Shown in pieces: positions 22,405 through 31,881 of a DNA stretch of 57,055 nt. The stretch comes from Gammaproteobacteria bacterium. Lineage in GTDB: Bacteria > Pseudomonadota > Gammaproteobacteria > WOZS01. Every line of letters begins with the position of its first letter. The first letter of the stretch is position 1. The stretch covers positions 5,341 through 62,395 of the forward strand of contig WOZS01000040.1 of NCBI GenBank assembly GCA_011620135.1. Direction: 5' to 3'. The notes under the pieces are model-generated. The model did no database searches and was not told the origin of the DNA. It was given only the letters and a program-made list of their open reading frames with translations. Position numbers and translations under genes: made by a program.

Positions 22405-22737
22405 ATGTCCATCAAAAAACTCCTCGAGATCTGGGAACGCCAGGGTCAGCTGCAGCGCAAGACAAAGACATACACCATGACCATACCACTGTATGATGCT
22501 GCCCGTATCAAGGCCCTTGCCACCATGTATGCGCCGGCCAGCGAGGAAGACATCATTACCCAGCTTGTCAGCGCCGCCCTCGACGAACTGGAAAGTCAGC
22601 TGCCTTATGTCCAGGGAGACAAGGTGGCAGCGCTCGACGAACAGGGCGACCCCATCTACGAGGACGCGGGTCCGGCGCGGCGCCTGGCCGAACTGACAGC
22701 ACAGTTCCTCCATGAAGGCCAAGGCCGTCACGACTAG
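22405..22737 (+). CDS. Conserved hypothetical protein (family often labelled pilin assembly/type 1 pili tip component)
   Basis: AARI.ALA.MY, AALDELE..LPYVQG.KV.A.DE.GDPIYED.GP..R pattern recalled from small gammaproteobacterial proteins; function not established. Confidence 0.75.
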   Translation: MSIKKLLEIWERQGQLQRKTKTYTMTIPLYDAARIKALATMYAPASEEDIITQLVSAALDELESQLPYVQGDKVAALDEQGDPIYEDAGPARRLAELTAQFLHEGQGRHD

Positions 22738-24001
22738 GCTGCCACTGGGCTGGGCAGCCCTGCTGATGGTGGTGTGCGGCGGCTGCGTCACCAATCCGGT
22801 GACAGGCCATCGGGAAATGCGCCTCATCTCGCCCCAGGAGGAGATTGGTCTGGGTCAGGAAAACTTTGCCCCTACCCAACAGCTCCAGGGTGGCCCCATG
22901 GTGCTTTTTCCCGAGGTGACCCGTTATGTGGCCGAGGTGGGCCGCAGGCTTGCGGCGGTCAGCGACCGGCCCGATCTGCCATATGAGTTTGTGGTGGTGG
23001 ACAGCGATGAAGCCAATGCCTGGGCGCTGCCCGGGGGCAAGATCGCCGTGCACCGCGCCTTATTGACCGAGCTCGATGACGAGGCGGAATTGGCCGCCGT
23101 GCTGGGGCATGAGATCGTCCATGCTGCAGCCGGCCATAGTGCCCAGGCCATGCAGCGCGGTACGGTCCTGCAACTGGGGCTTGGGGTGCTCTCCTCCATG
23201 ATGCAGAATAGCCTGTACAGCCCGCTGTACAACCTGGGCGCCAATCTGGGCAGTCAATTGGTCATGCAGAGCTACAGTCGCTCCCAGGAAAGCGAGGCCG
23301 ACCATTACGGCATGATCTATATGCGGCGTGCCGGCTATGATCCCACAGCCGCCGTGGATCTCCAGGAAACCTTCGTGCGGCTCTCCCAGGGTCATGAGTC
23401 CGGTGTGCTGGATGCCTTGTTCCAATCCCACCCCCCCTCCGAGGCACGGGTCCGTGCCAACCGGGCCCTGCTTGGGAAGATCGGGGCGGGTGGCACCCGG
23501 GAAAGGCAGCGCTATCAGGACCACCTGGCTGCCCTGTTTCGCGCCAAGCCCGCCTACGACCTCCACACCCAGGCACTGCGCCATTTGAAGGAAAAAGACT
23601 ACGCCCAGGCCCAGCGGCTCGCAACCCAGGCCGCAGCCGCCCTGCCAGGCGAGGCGCTGTTTCCCCTGACGCTGGGGGATATCGCCATGGCCCGGCAGGA
23701 TTACGACACAGCCCTTGAGTGGTACACAAAGGCCACAACGCTCAACAGGCAGTATTTCCTGCCCCCCTTCTCGGCAGGGCTTGCGGCCCTCAAGGCCAGG
23801 AAGCCCGCCAGCGCCAGGCGCTATCTCCAGGAGAGTCTGGACATCCTGCCTACGGCAGAAGCCCATTACCTGCTGGGGCGCCTGGCTCTGCAGGATGGCC
23901 ATGACGCAGCAGCGATTGGCCATCTCAAGGTGGCTGCCCAGTCGGAGGGACAGGCTGGCCAGGCGGCCCGAGCCCTGTTGGCCCGCATGGGGATTCCCTG
24001 A
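22712..24001 (+). CDS. M48-family Zn metalloprotease lipoprotein with C-terminal TPRs (BepA/YfgC-like)
   Basis: Lipobox GGC-VTNPVTG, NAWALPGG, ELAAVLGHEIVH (HExxH), YSR.QE.EAD, SHP. Confidence 0.92.
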   Translation: MKAKAVTTRLPLGWAALLMVVCGGCVTNPVTGHREMRLISPQEEIGLGQENFAPTQQLQGGPMVLFPEVTRYVAEVGRRLAAVSDRPDLPYEFVVVDSDEANAWALPGGKIAVHRALLTELDDEAELAAVLGHEIVHAAAGHSAQAMQRGTVLQLGLGVLSSMMQNSLYSPLYNLGANLGSQLVMQSYSRSQESEADHYGMIYMRRAGYDPTAAVDLQETFVRLSQGHESGVLDALFQSHPPSEARVRANRALLGKIGAGGTRERQRYQDHLAALFRAKPAYDLHTQALRHLKEKDYAQAQRLATQAAAALPGEALFPLTLGDIAMARQDYDTALEWYTKATTLNRQYFLPPFSAGLAALKARKPASARRYLQESLDILPTAEAHYLLGRLALQDGHDAAAIGHLKVAAQSEGQAGQAARALLARMGIP

Positions 24002-24141
24002 CAGACTGGCACTGTCTGTGTCTTGGCGCTAGAATGGCGCAAGGGAGGGCTGCGCTGGGTCAGCTGTAAAGCTGGAAAGCTGTACACAGGAACCAGGACT
24101 GCACGGCGGCAGAAGCAGGGATCGAGGCATGAGGTGAGCTT

Positions 24142-24774
24142 ATGAACGATGAAACGATATCAGGTCCGGGCTCCAGCCTGGATGTGGACGCGGCACGTCG
24201 CCGGCTCCTGGGGACGGCCATGGGCGCTATGGCTGGAACAGGTGCCGTGGCGGCGGCATGGCCCTTTCTGGCCTCCATGCGCACCAGCGCCAAGGCTGAA
24301 GCGCTGGGAGCGCCCGTGGAGACGGACATCAGCACGCTGCAGCCCGGCGAGCTCAGGACCTATGAATGGCGTGGCAAGCCGGTCTGGGTGCTCAAGCGTA
24401 CCCCGGACATGCTGGAAACCCTCAAGCAAAACGATTCCTATCTGCGCGACCCGAAATCCAGCGCCGACCAGCAGCCTCCCTATGCCGCCAACGAGGAGCG
24501 GGCACGCTCGGACCACAAGGATATTTTCGTCGCGGTGGGCATCTGTACCCATCTGGGCTGCTCACCCATGTTCAAGCCCCAGCATCCCGCCCCGGAGATC
24601 CATCCCCATTGGCAGGGAGGGTTTTTTTGTCCCTGTCATGGCTCCAAGTTCGATCTGGCGGGACGGGTGTACCAGGGCGTGCCTGCGCCATTGAACCTGG
24701 TCATTCCACCCTACCGCTATGCTGGGGCCACCACGCTGATCATAGGCGACGATGAACAGGAAAAAACCGCATGA
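24142..24774 (+). CDS. petA: Ubiquinol-cytochrome c reductase Rieske iron-sulfur subunit
   Basis: Tat RRRLL, CTHLGC and CPCHGS boxes, PAPLNL. Confidence 0.98.
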   Translation: MNDETISGPGSSLDVDAARRRLLGTAMGAMAGTGAVAAAWPFLASMRTSAKAEALGAPVETDISTLQPGELRTYEWRGKPVWVLKRTPDMLETLKQNDSYLRDPKSSADQQPPYAANEERARSDHKDIFVAVGICTHLGCSPMFKPQHPAPEIHPHWQGGFFCPCHGSKFDLAGRVYQGVPAPLNLVIPPYRYAGATTLIIGDDEQEKTA

Positions 24775-26057
24775 GCCAGATCAAGTCCAGCCGAATCGTC
24801 AAGAAGCCTCCCCTCAGTGAGGCGGCAGCCGGGCTTCTGGCCTGGGTCGATAGCCGCTTTCCGCTTACCAAGACATGGCGGGAGCATGTCAGCGAATACT
24901 ATGCGCCCAGGAACTTCAACTTCTGGTATTACTTCGGCAGCCTGGCCCTGCTGGTGCTGGTCAATCAGATCGTCACGGGCATTTTCCTGACCATGAACTA
25001 CAAGCCCAGCGCCACCGAAGCGTTTGCCTCCATCGAATACATCATGCGCGACGTCTCCTGGGGCTGGCTGATCCGCTACATGCACTCCACGGGGGCCTCT
25101 GCCTTTTTCGTGGTGATCTACCTGCACATGTTCCGCGGCCTGCTCTACGGTTCCTACCGCAAACCCAGGGAACTGGTATGGCTCGTGGGCATGGGCATCT
25201 ACCTGTGCCTCATGGCCGAAGCCTTCATGGGGTACCTGTTGCCCTGGGGCAACATGTCATTCTGGGGGGCCCAGGTCATCATCTCGCTCTTTGGGGCGGT
25301 GCCCGTGGTTGGGGAAGGGCTGGCCCAATGGATCCGGGGCGACTATGTGGTCTCGGATGTCACGCTGAACCGTTTCTTTGCCCTGCATGTCATCGGCCTG
25401 CCGCTGGCGCTGCTGGGGCTGGTGGTATTGCACCTCCTGGCCCTGCACGAGGTGGGCTCCAACAATCCAGACGGCATCGACATCAAGAAAAAACTGGGCG
25501 CTGATGGTCATCCCATCGAAGGGGTGCCCTTCCATCCCTATTACACCGTCAAGGACATCGTGGGTGCGGTGGTCTTTCTGATGTTGGTTGCGGCGGTGAT
25601 CTTCTTTGAACCCACCTTCGGCGGCCTGTTCCTGGAGCACGCCAATTTCACGCCGGCCGATCCTTTGCTCACGCCGCCCGAGATCGCTCCTGTATGGTAT
25701 TTCACCCCGTTTTATGCCATCCTACGCGCCGTTCCCAACAAACTGTTCGGTGTTATTCTCATGGGGCTTGCGGTGATGAGTTTCTTCTTCCTGCCATGGC
25801 TGGATCGAGGCAAGGTACTTTCCATCCGTTACCGGGGCTGGATCTACAAGTCTGCTCTTGCGGTGTTCGTGCTGAGCTTCCTGGGGCTTGGTTATCTGGG
25901 CACGCAGCCGGTTACCACCGACTCGGTGCTGGGGCTGCCCATCGCCCCCCTGATGGCAGCGCGCATCTTGGCGGTGCTCTATTTTGGCTTCTTCCTGCTC
26001 ATGCCCATCTACACCAGGCTGGATCCCAGCAAGCCCGTGCCGGAGAGCCTCACATGA
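24771..26057 (+). CDS. petB: Cytochrome b of the bc1 complex
   Basis: NFWYYFGS, RYMHSTGAS, GYLLPWG.MSFWGA.VI, TLNRFFALH, PVWY Qo motif. Confidence 0.98.
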   Translation: MSQIKSSRIVKKPPLSEAAAGLLAWVDSRFPLTKTWREHVSEYYAPRNFNFWYYFGSLALLVLVNQIVTGIFLTMNYKPSATEAFASIEYIMRDVSWGWLIRYMHSTGASAFFVVIYLHMFRGLLYGSYRKPRELVWLVGMGIYLCLMAEAFMGYLLPWGNMSFWGAQVIISLFGAVPVVGEGLAQWIRGDYVVSDVTLNRFFALHVIGLPLALLGLVVLHLLALHEVGSNNPDGIDIKKKLGADGHPIEGVPFHPYYTVKDIVGAVVFLMLVAAVIFFEPTFGGLFLEHANFTPADPLLTPPEIAPVWYFTPFYAILRAVPNKLFGVILMGLAVMSFFFLPWLDRGKVLSIRYRGWIYKSALAVFVLSFLGLGYLGTQPVTTDSVLGLPIAPLMAARILAVLYFGFFLLMPIYTRLDPSKPVPESLT

Positions 26058-26770
26058 GGGCCGGCTGGATGCTGATGATGGGCTGTCTGCTGGGTTCTGG
26101 TCTGGCAACGGCCCAGGAAGCGCATCTGAGCGCCCCGCGCATCGATACGCACAACAAGACAGTCCTGCAGCGTGGCGCGCGGCTGTTCCACAACTACTGC
26201 CTGAGCTGCCATTCGGCCCATTTCGCGCGCTACCAGCGCATGGGCGAGGATCTGGGTATTCCCACCGAGCAGCTCAAGGCCAACCTCATGTTCACCACCA
26301 ACAAACCGGGCGACACCATGCAGGTGGCCTTGCGGCCCCAGGACGCCGCCGCCTGGTTCGGCAAGCCCCCGCCGGATCTGACGCTGACCGCCCGCTATCG
26401 GGGCAAGGCATGGCTCTACAATTACCTCAAGGGCTTCTACCAGGACGACAAGCGTCCCTTCGGCGTCAACAACGCCGTGTTTCCCGACGTGGCCATGCCC
26501 CATGTCCTGGTGAACCTGGAGGGGCTCAAGCGCCGCGTGCCTGCTGACGGCAAAGGTCAGGAGCGCTACGAGCAGATCAGCCCAGGGCTGCTGGATGCAG
26601 CGGCCTATGACAGGGCGGTGCGCGATCTCGTGGCTTACATGAGCTACCTTGCCGAGCCCGCGGGATTGAAGCGACCCCGGTTGGGTGTGTGGGTGCTGAT
26701 CTTTCTCGGCGCCATGCTGATCCTGGCCATCCTGCTCAAGAAAGAGGTCTGGAAAGATGTACCACACTGA
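26054..26770 (+). CDS. petC: Cytochrome c1
   Basis: Signal peptide, LQRGA, CLSCH heme motif, WFG.PPPDL, MPHVL, C-terminal TM and KKEVWKDV; ATGA overlap with petB. Confidence 0.96.
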   Translation: MRAGWMLMMGCLLGSGLATAQEAHLSAPRIDTHNKTVLQRGARLFHNYCLSCHSAHFARYQRMGEDLGIPTEQLKANLMFTTNKPGDTMQVALRPQDAAAWFGKPPPDLTLTARYRGKAWLYNYLKGFYQDDKRPFGVNNAVFPDVAMPHVLVNLEGLKRRVPADGKGQERYEQISPGLLDAAAYDRAVRDLVAYMSYLAEPAGLKRPRLGVWVLIFLGAMLILAILLKKEVWKDVPH

Positions 26771-27797
26771 TTCCCATATCGCGCCGTACCGCCCTGCTGT
26801 CAGATTGAGGCACTGGGCGTGCTGTCTGCTGGCAGTCGGCCTCAGCTTTGCCCTGACGGCCTGTGGCCAGGGTCAACTCTCCGAACAGGATCGGAAAATC
26901 CTTTCCCAACTGCGACATAATGGGGTTGCTTTCGATGACAAGGCAGCCAAACGGGAACACGATGCCCTGGTGATCGACCAGGTGACGATCACCGGCAGCG
27001 ATGGTTCCGCGGTGCATGCCAGGCGGATGCTCATCAGGCAATATGACACGGCTCATCCCAACCCATATTTCGCGGATGCGACCATGGAAGGGATCGTGGT
27101 GCCCCTGCTCGACGTGCCCGTGCCTGGGGTGAATGCGCAGCAGTCGCCCGAAACCGTCAAGTCCCAAAAGGGGCTCCCGGCTGCTTTCCTGGCCACAAGC
27201 CCCGCTTTTGCCGATGTCCTGGGAAAGGGCTCTCTTCCCCTGGATGCTACCTTGCGTTATCGGTACGACGAGAAGTCGCGTCGTTTCCTGCTGGATGATT
27301 TTTCCCTCCACTCTGCCAAGCTTTTTGGTGTGCAACTGCAAATCGCCATGAGTGATCTCGACCCTGTGTTCTTTCAGCAGAACAAGAACATAGGTCTCCT
27401 CAAGCCCACTACATTGCTCTCTCAGGCTGCTGCCAACTCCAGGCTGGATAGCGCTTCCCTGACCTACACCGACCACTCTTTGGTCGATCGCGTGCTGCGC
27501 CTGCTCGGTGAGCAACAGCACACAACGCCCCAGGTGATCCGCGACAGCTTCAAGGGTGCCTTAGGCCTGGCCATGATGAGCAATCAGTCTCAGGGGGGTG
27601 CTTTTATGGGCAATGCCCTGATGGCTATCAGTTCGTTTCTGGAGCACCCGGGTACCCTGAGGCTTGCGGCCCATCCAAGCGAGCCGGTGCGCATGGGTGC
27701 CCTGCAGGCCCAAGGCGAGCAATGGAAAGATGATCCGGCGGCCCTGATGCAGGCGCTGGGTGTCACCCTGGAAGCGCTTCCTCCACCTTCTTCCTGA
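26757..27797 (+). CDS. Hypothetical lipoprotein
   Basis: 346-aa ORF filling the gap after petC, lipobox LTAC; start uncertain. Confidence 0.7.
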   Translation: MYHTDSHIAPYRPAVRLRHWACCLLAVGLSFALTACGQGQLSEQDRKILSQLRHNGVAFDDKAAKREHDALVIDQVTITGSDGSAVHARRMLIRQYDTAHPNPYFADATMEGIVVPLLDVPVPGVNAQQSPETVKSQKGLPAAFLATSPAFADVLGKGSLPLDATLRYRYDEKSRRFLLDDFSLHSAKLFGVQLQIAMSDLDPVFFQQNKNIGLLKPTTLLSQAAANSRLDSASLTYTDHSLVDRVLRLLGEQQHTTPQVIRDSFKGALGLAMMSNQSQGGAFMGNALMAISSFLEHPGTLRLAAHPSEPVRMGALQAQGEQWKDDPAALMQALGVTLEALPPPSS

Positions 27798-27822
27798 CCA
27801 CTGCTTTGTCGATCCCACCCTG

Positions 27823-30336
27823 ATGATGATGGGTGCCACCGACAATGGCCATGGTTCTTCTGGCGCCCTGCCAGGCGCAGGCCTGGGAGGCTGGCCCCTT
27901 TTGCAGGGCTACAAGGCTCAGCAAACCTATGATGAGTTGCTGACCAAAGATGGCACCATTGCTGCGCATTGGCAGTACCTGATCCAGGCCCTCCACGCCC
28001 TGGGCCTCGACAATCTGCACAGACGCAGCGCGTCCATCCAGGACATCATCCAGGCGCAAGGCATCAGCTATCGTCTCGAGGAAGGCAATATGGCCGAACG
28101 GCCATTGGGCCTGGACCCCGTCCCCATTCTTTTCGACAGTGTTTCCTGGCGACAGCTGGAAACGGGTTTGATCCAGCGTGCTGAACTATTCAAGGCGCTG
28201 CTCGCCGATTTGTATGGACCACAACGGGTCCTCAACAAAAGGATGCTGCCTCCCGAGGTGGTCCTTGGCCACCCCGGTTTTCTGCGCCCCTGTACCACAC
28301 TGGGCCGCGAGCCCATCCTCACGCTCTATGGGGCCGATCTTTCCCGGGACAGCCATGGCCAATGGCTGGTCAGTGCCGATCACCTGCAAAACCCGTTGGG
28401 CATGGGTTATGCCCTGGAGGCACGGGTTGTTTTGGCGCGGGCCTTGCCCAGCCTGTTTCGCGAGGCTCATCCCCACCGCCTGCGCCTGTTTTTTCAGATG
28501 CTGCGCAATACCTTGCTGCGCTTGGGAGAAACGCTGGAGGCCGAAACGCCGGCCATCGCCATGCTTTCTGCTGGTACCAGCAGCAGCAGTTATCCGGAAG
28601 ATGCCTACCTGGCCCATTATCTGGGCTATCCCCTGATCGATGGCAGCGATCTCAGGGTCACCGATGGCAAGGTACAGCTGCGTACCGTCTCGGGCACAGA
28701 GCCTGTGCATGTGCTCGTGCGCCGCAATCAGGACATCGCCTGCGATCCCCTGGAGCTGGGGCGTCACGCCATCCAAGGTACCCCTGGTCTGCTGCATGCG
28801 GTGCGCCTGGGTACAGTGGCACTCAGCAATACGCCAGGGGCCGGGGTGGCAGAAAACCTGGGTTTGTTTCCTTTTCTGGAGCAGCTTGCCCAGTTCTTTT
28901 TGGGTACGAGCCTGCAACTGCCTTGCATGCCAACACTATGGCTTGGGGATTCCAGGCAACGGACCCATGTGCTGCGCCATCGGGATGGTTGGGTCATCCG
29001 TCATGTGGATGGCACCCTGCTGTGGCATCCTGAAAGCAGTGAGACCTCCTGGAAAAAGGCCAAGGCCTTACTGGACAGTCGCCCCGGCCTTTTTGTGGCC
29101 CACGCGCCTGTGCCTTGGGCCACCGCCCCCTCTTTGGCCGCAGAGGGTCTGTCCCCCCAGCCGTTTGGTCTGCGTACCTTTGCCGTGGCCGATGAACACC
29201 ACACGTTTTATGTCATGCCAGGAGCCCTGGGCATCGTTGTGGCGCCGGATGCGTCATACGAACATACCTTGCGCTTGGGTGGCATCACCAAGGATGTCTG
29301 GGTGCTTTCTTCGGAACAGGTGCGGGATACCGACGTGGCCTCGGTGTTGCGCCGTCCCTGGCCCTTCCCTCACCAGGAAGGCCCCTTGTCGCGGCGGGTG
29401 GCCGATAACCTGTTCTGGATGGCCCGCTACTTGGTCCGTGCCGAGATGCAGTGCCGCTGCCTGCATGAGATGCTGGCCCGCTTCACCGAGGTGATCAGGG
29501 CGCAAAGCGATGTGGTCTTGAACGCGTTGCTGCCCATGCTGTGCCCTAACCGGCCCATGCCCCACTGGTCTCCAGGGGTGGATCCCTTCGTGATCATCAA
29601 TGATCAGGTGGCCGGTTTTTCCCTGGAGAGCCTGCGCGGCAATCTGTCATCCGTCACCCGGACCGCCCGGGCAGTGCGCAAACGTCTCGATGATTGGTCC
29701 TGGAGGTTGCTGCACCAACTGGAAAGCGATCTGGAGCATGGCCTGGGCCATTATGGCCTGCGTCATGCCGCAGAACAGGTCTTTACCAAAATCATTGCCA
29801 TTCGCACCCTGGCCGCAGAAGGCATGCAGGTGGATCCAGCCCATTGTTTCTTGCATCTCGGGCAGCATCTGGAGAGTGCCTTGCAATTGCTGCTGCTGCT
29901 GCATGCGGCCCTGTCTTCTGCAACAGAGCAGGAAAACGACGACCTTGTGGAGAGTCTCTATGTGGTTTCTGGGATCAATCCCAATCAATATCGCAGCATC
30001 GGTTATCGGGTGGATGGCAAGGAAGGCATCATCTCCTTGATGCTTCTGGAGCTGCGCAATCCCTCATCCATGGCTCATCTCCTGGCCAATCTGGAACAGG
30101 ATCTCGACATGTTGGGTCGCGCCTTGCAAGACACCACCCACGTGGCCGCCGCCCAGGCCTTGCTGCTCCAGGCCCAGCAAGCATTGGCCGCACAACGCAG
30201 CACAGCGCTGCTGCAGCCTACCCAGTTCGAGACGTTGAGCCAGCGCCTGCGTCAGACCCTGTGGGCCATCTCCGATCTGCTGACAGAAAATTTTCTGCGT
30301 CAACCCACCGCCACGCACCAGTTGGTCAACCTGTGA
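27823..30336 (+). CDS. Circularly permuted type 2 ATP-grasp protein fused to an alpha-E domain
   Basis: YDEL, LDPVP, GLIQRAEL..ALLADLYGPQ, GHPGFLRP, YG.DL.R, LAHYLGYPL, CDPLEL, VMPG, KDVWV, then LSRRVADNLFWMARY alpha-E start; start at one of the ATGs 27823-27829. Confidence 0.88.
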   Translation: MMMGATDNGHGSSGALPGAGLGGWPLLQGYKAQQTYDELLTKDGTIAAHWQYLIQALHALGLDNLHRRSASIQDIIQAQGISYRLEEGNMAERPLGLDPVPILFDSVSWRQLETGLIQRAELFKALLADLYGPQRVLNKRMLPPEVVLGHPGFLRPCTTLGREPILTLYGADLSRDSHGQWLVSADHLQNPLGMGYALEARVVLARALPSLFREAHPHRLRLFFQMLRNTLLRLGETLEAETPAIAMLSAGTSSSSYPEDAYLAHYLGYPLIDGSDLRVTDGKVQLRTVSGTEPVHVLVRRNQDIACDPLELGRHAIQGTPGLLHAVRLGTVALSNTPGAGVAENLGLFPFLEQLAQFFLGTSLQLPCMPTLWLGDSRQRTHVLRHRDGWVIRHVDGTLLWHPESSETSWKKAKALLDSRPGLFVAHAPVPWATAPSLAAEGLSPQPFGLRTFAVADEHHTFYVMPGALGIVVAPDASYEHTLRLGGITKDVWVLSSEQVRDTDVASVLRRPWPFPHQEGPLSRRVADNLFWMARYLVRAEMQCRCLHEMLARFTEVIRAQSDVVLNALLPMLCPNRPMPHWSPGVDPFVIINDQVAGFSLESLRGNLSSVTRTARAVRKRLDDWSWRLLHQLESDLEHGLGHYGLRHAAEQVFTKIIAIRTLAAEGMQVDPAHCFLHLGQHLESALQLLLLLHAALSSATEQENDDLVESLYVVSGINPNQYRSIGYRVDGKEGIISLMLLELRNPSSMAHLLANLEQDLDMLGRALQDTTHVAAAQALLLQAQQALAAQRSTALLQPTQFETLSQRLRQTLWAISDLLTENFLRQPTATHQLVNL

Positions 30337-30601
30337 TGGCCGTGCTGCACCCTGGCAGCGCCATCCTGCCTGGGGTGCGGAGCGATGGGTGGGCCAACCG
30401 AGGGGCAAAGTGGGCACGGGCTGTTGACAGCTCCTCTTCCCGGCAGATCATGGGGTCATGACTGGCAACCCAGTGAACGGTAGACAGTCAATGGTTCTTG
30501 ATCGCCCCTGCTCCCATGCCATCGGCCAGCAGGCATGCTGGTGTGCGCCAACCCGAAATGTTTCGATGATGCTTTGTTATGCGTGCGTACCCGGGGCACC
30601 G

Positions 30602-31657
30602 CTAGGGTGTAATCGCGACTTTCAGGACGCCATTGCGCTGATGCGAGAATAGATCGTAGGCTTGTTCGATCTGATCCAGCTTGAAGCGATGGGTAACCAG
30701 CGGCTTCAGGTCGACACGACCCGAGCTGATGACCGCCAGTAACCTCCGCATGCGCTCCTTGCCGCCGGGGCAGAGCGTCGTGACGATCCTGTGATCGCCG
30801 AGACCGGCTGCAAACGCATCCACAGGCATTGACAGCTTGCCAGAGTACACCCCAAGACTCGATAACACGCCACCCGGCTTGAGCACGCGCAGGCAGCTCT
30901 CGAACGTCTGCTGCGTGCCCAGCGCTTCGATGGCCACATCGACGCCCGTCCCATCGGTGATCCTCAGGATTTCCTGCACAGGATCGACGGCGGCGTAATC
31001 GAGCACGATATCGGCCCCGAGACGTTTGGCCATGGCCATGCGCTCGGGGATATGATCGACGGTGATAATGCGCGCAGCACCTTTCAACCTGGCGCCCACC
31101 GTGGCGCACAACCCGATCGGCCCTTGCGAGAATACAGCAACCGTATCACCGATACTGATCTGGCCGCTTTCCGAGCCGCCGAAGCCGGTGCTCATGATGT
31201 CAGGGCACATCAGGACCTGTTCATCGGTCAAATCGTCTGGGATCGGTGCAAGATTGGCTTGGGCGTCAGGAACCAGGACGTATTCGGCTTGGCAGCCGTC
31301 GATTGTGTTGCCGAGCCTCCAGCCACCGATGGGTTTGCCGCCGCACTGAGCGGTGTGGCCAGCAAGGCAGGTATGGCATTGACCGCAAGGCGTAATGGCG
31401 CCAGCGATCACGCGTTGTCCGACCTTGTAGCCACGAACAGCCGACCCAAGCTCTTGAACGACGCCCACAGGTTCGTGACCGATGGTCAGTCCGCGCGCGA
31501 CTGGGTATTCGCCCTTGAGGATATGCACATCGGTGCCACAGATCGTCGTGGTCGTGACGCGCAGGAGCGCGTCAGTGGGCCCTGCTTTGGGGATGGGCTT
31601 TTCCTGCAGGACGATTCGTCCCGGCTCCATAAACACCGCTGCTTTCATCTGGGTCAT
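30602..31657 (-). CDS. Zn-dependent NAD(P) alcohol dehydrogenase (MDR family)
   Basis: ICGTD.H, GHE.VG, C..C..C...C structural Zn, CPDIMSTG, QGPIGL, VLKVAI; AGGAGG RBS. Confidence 0.95.
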   Translation of the reverse strand: MTQMKAAVFMEPGRIVLQEKPIPKAGPTDALLRVTTTTICGTDVHILKGEYPVARGLTIGHEPVGVVQELGSAVRGYKVGQRVIAGAITPCGQCHTCLAGHTAQCGGKPIGGWRLGNTIDGCQAEYVLVPDAQANLAPIPDDLTDEQVLMCPDIMSTGFGGSESGQISIGDTVAVFSQGPIGLCATVGARLKGAARIITVDHIPERMAMAKRLGADIVLDYAAVDPVQEILRITDGTGVDVAIEALGTQQTFESCLRVLKPGGVLSSLGVYSGKLSMPVDAFAAGLGDHRIVTTLCPGGKERMRRLLAVISSGRVDLKPLVTHRFKLDQIEQAYDLFSHQRNGVLKVAITP

Positions 31658-31832
31658 GAGGCTTCCTCCTGCTTCTGGCTGTTTGGCTCCATGAATGACG
31701 ATGGGGTGTTGACCGGCTCACTGCCGCACCTGTCATCAGACATGGGGTTATTGGCGAGAAGCGCCCGGGGTTCGACTCATAGTGTAGTGGGTAAAGCCGG
31801 TTTCCTGCCACACACCGTAAAAGGCGTTTTGG

Positions 31833-31871
31833 ACCCCAGCAGCACTGGCAGCAGCGCCCCGCTGCCGGGGT
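31833..31871 (-). terminator. GC-rich hairpin downstream of the tRNA (possible terminator/processing stem)
   Basis: Minus strand ACCCCGGCAGC...GCTGCTGGGGT, 11-bp stem with one G-U; no immediate U-tract. Confidence 0.35.
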
Positions 31872-31881
31872 GTGCTGTGAT

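Noticed and set aside
30540-30585. Integron attC-like start (GCATAACAA on the minus strand) after the ADH gene
   Set aside because: No matching L boxes or properly placed GTTRRRY end could be paired, and no integron integrase or other cassettes are present.
31764-31778. tRNA T-loop-like GGTTCGACTC
   Set aside because: Flanks do not form a T-stem or cloverleaf.
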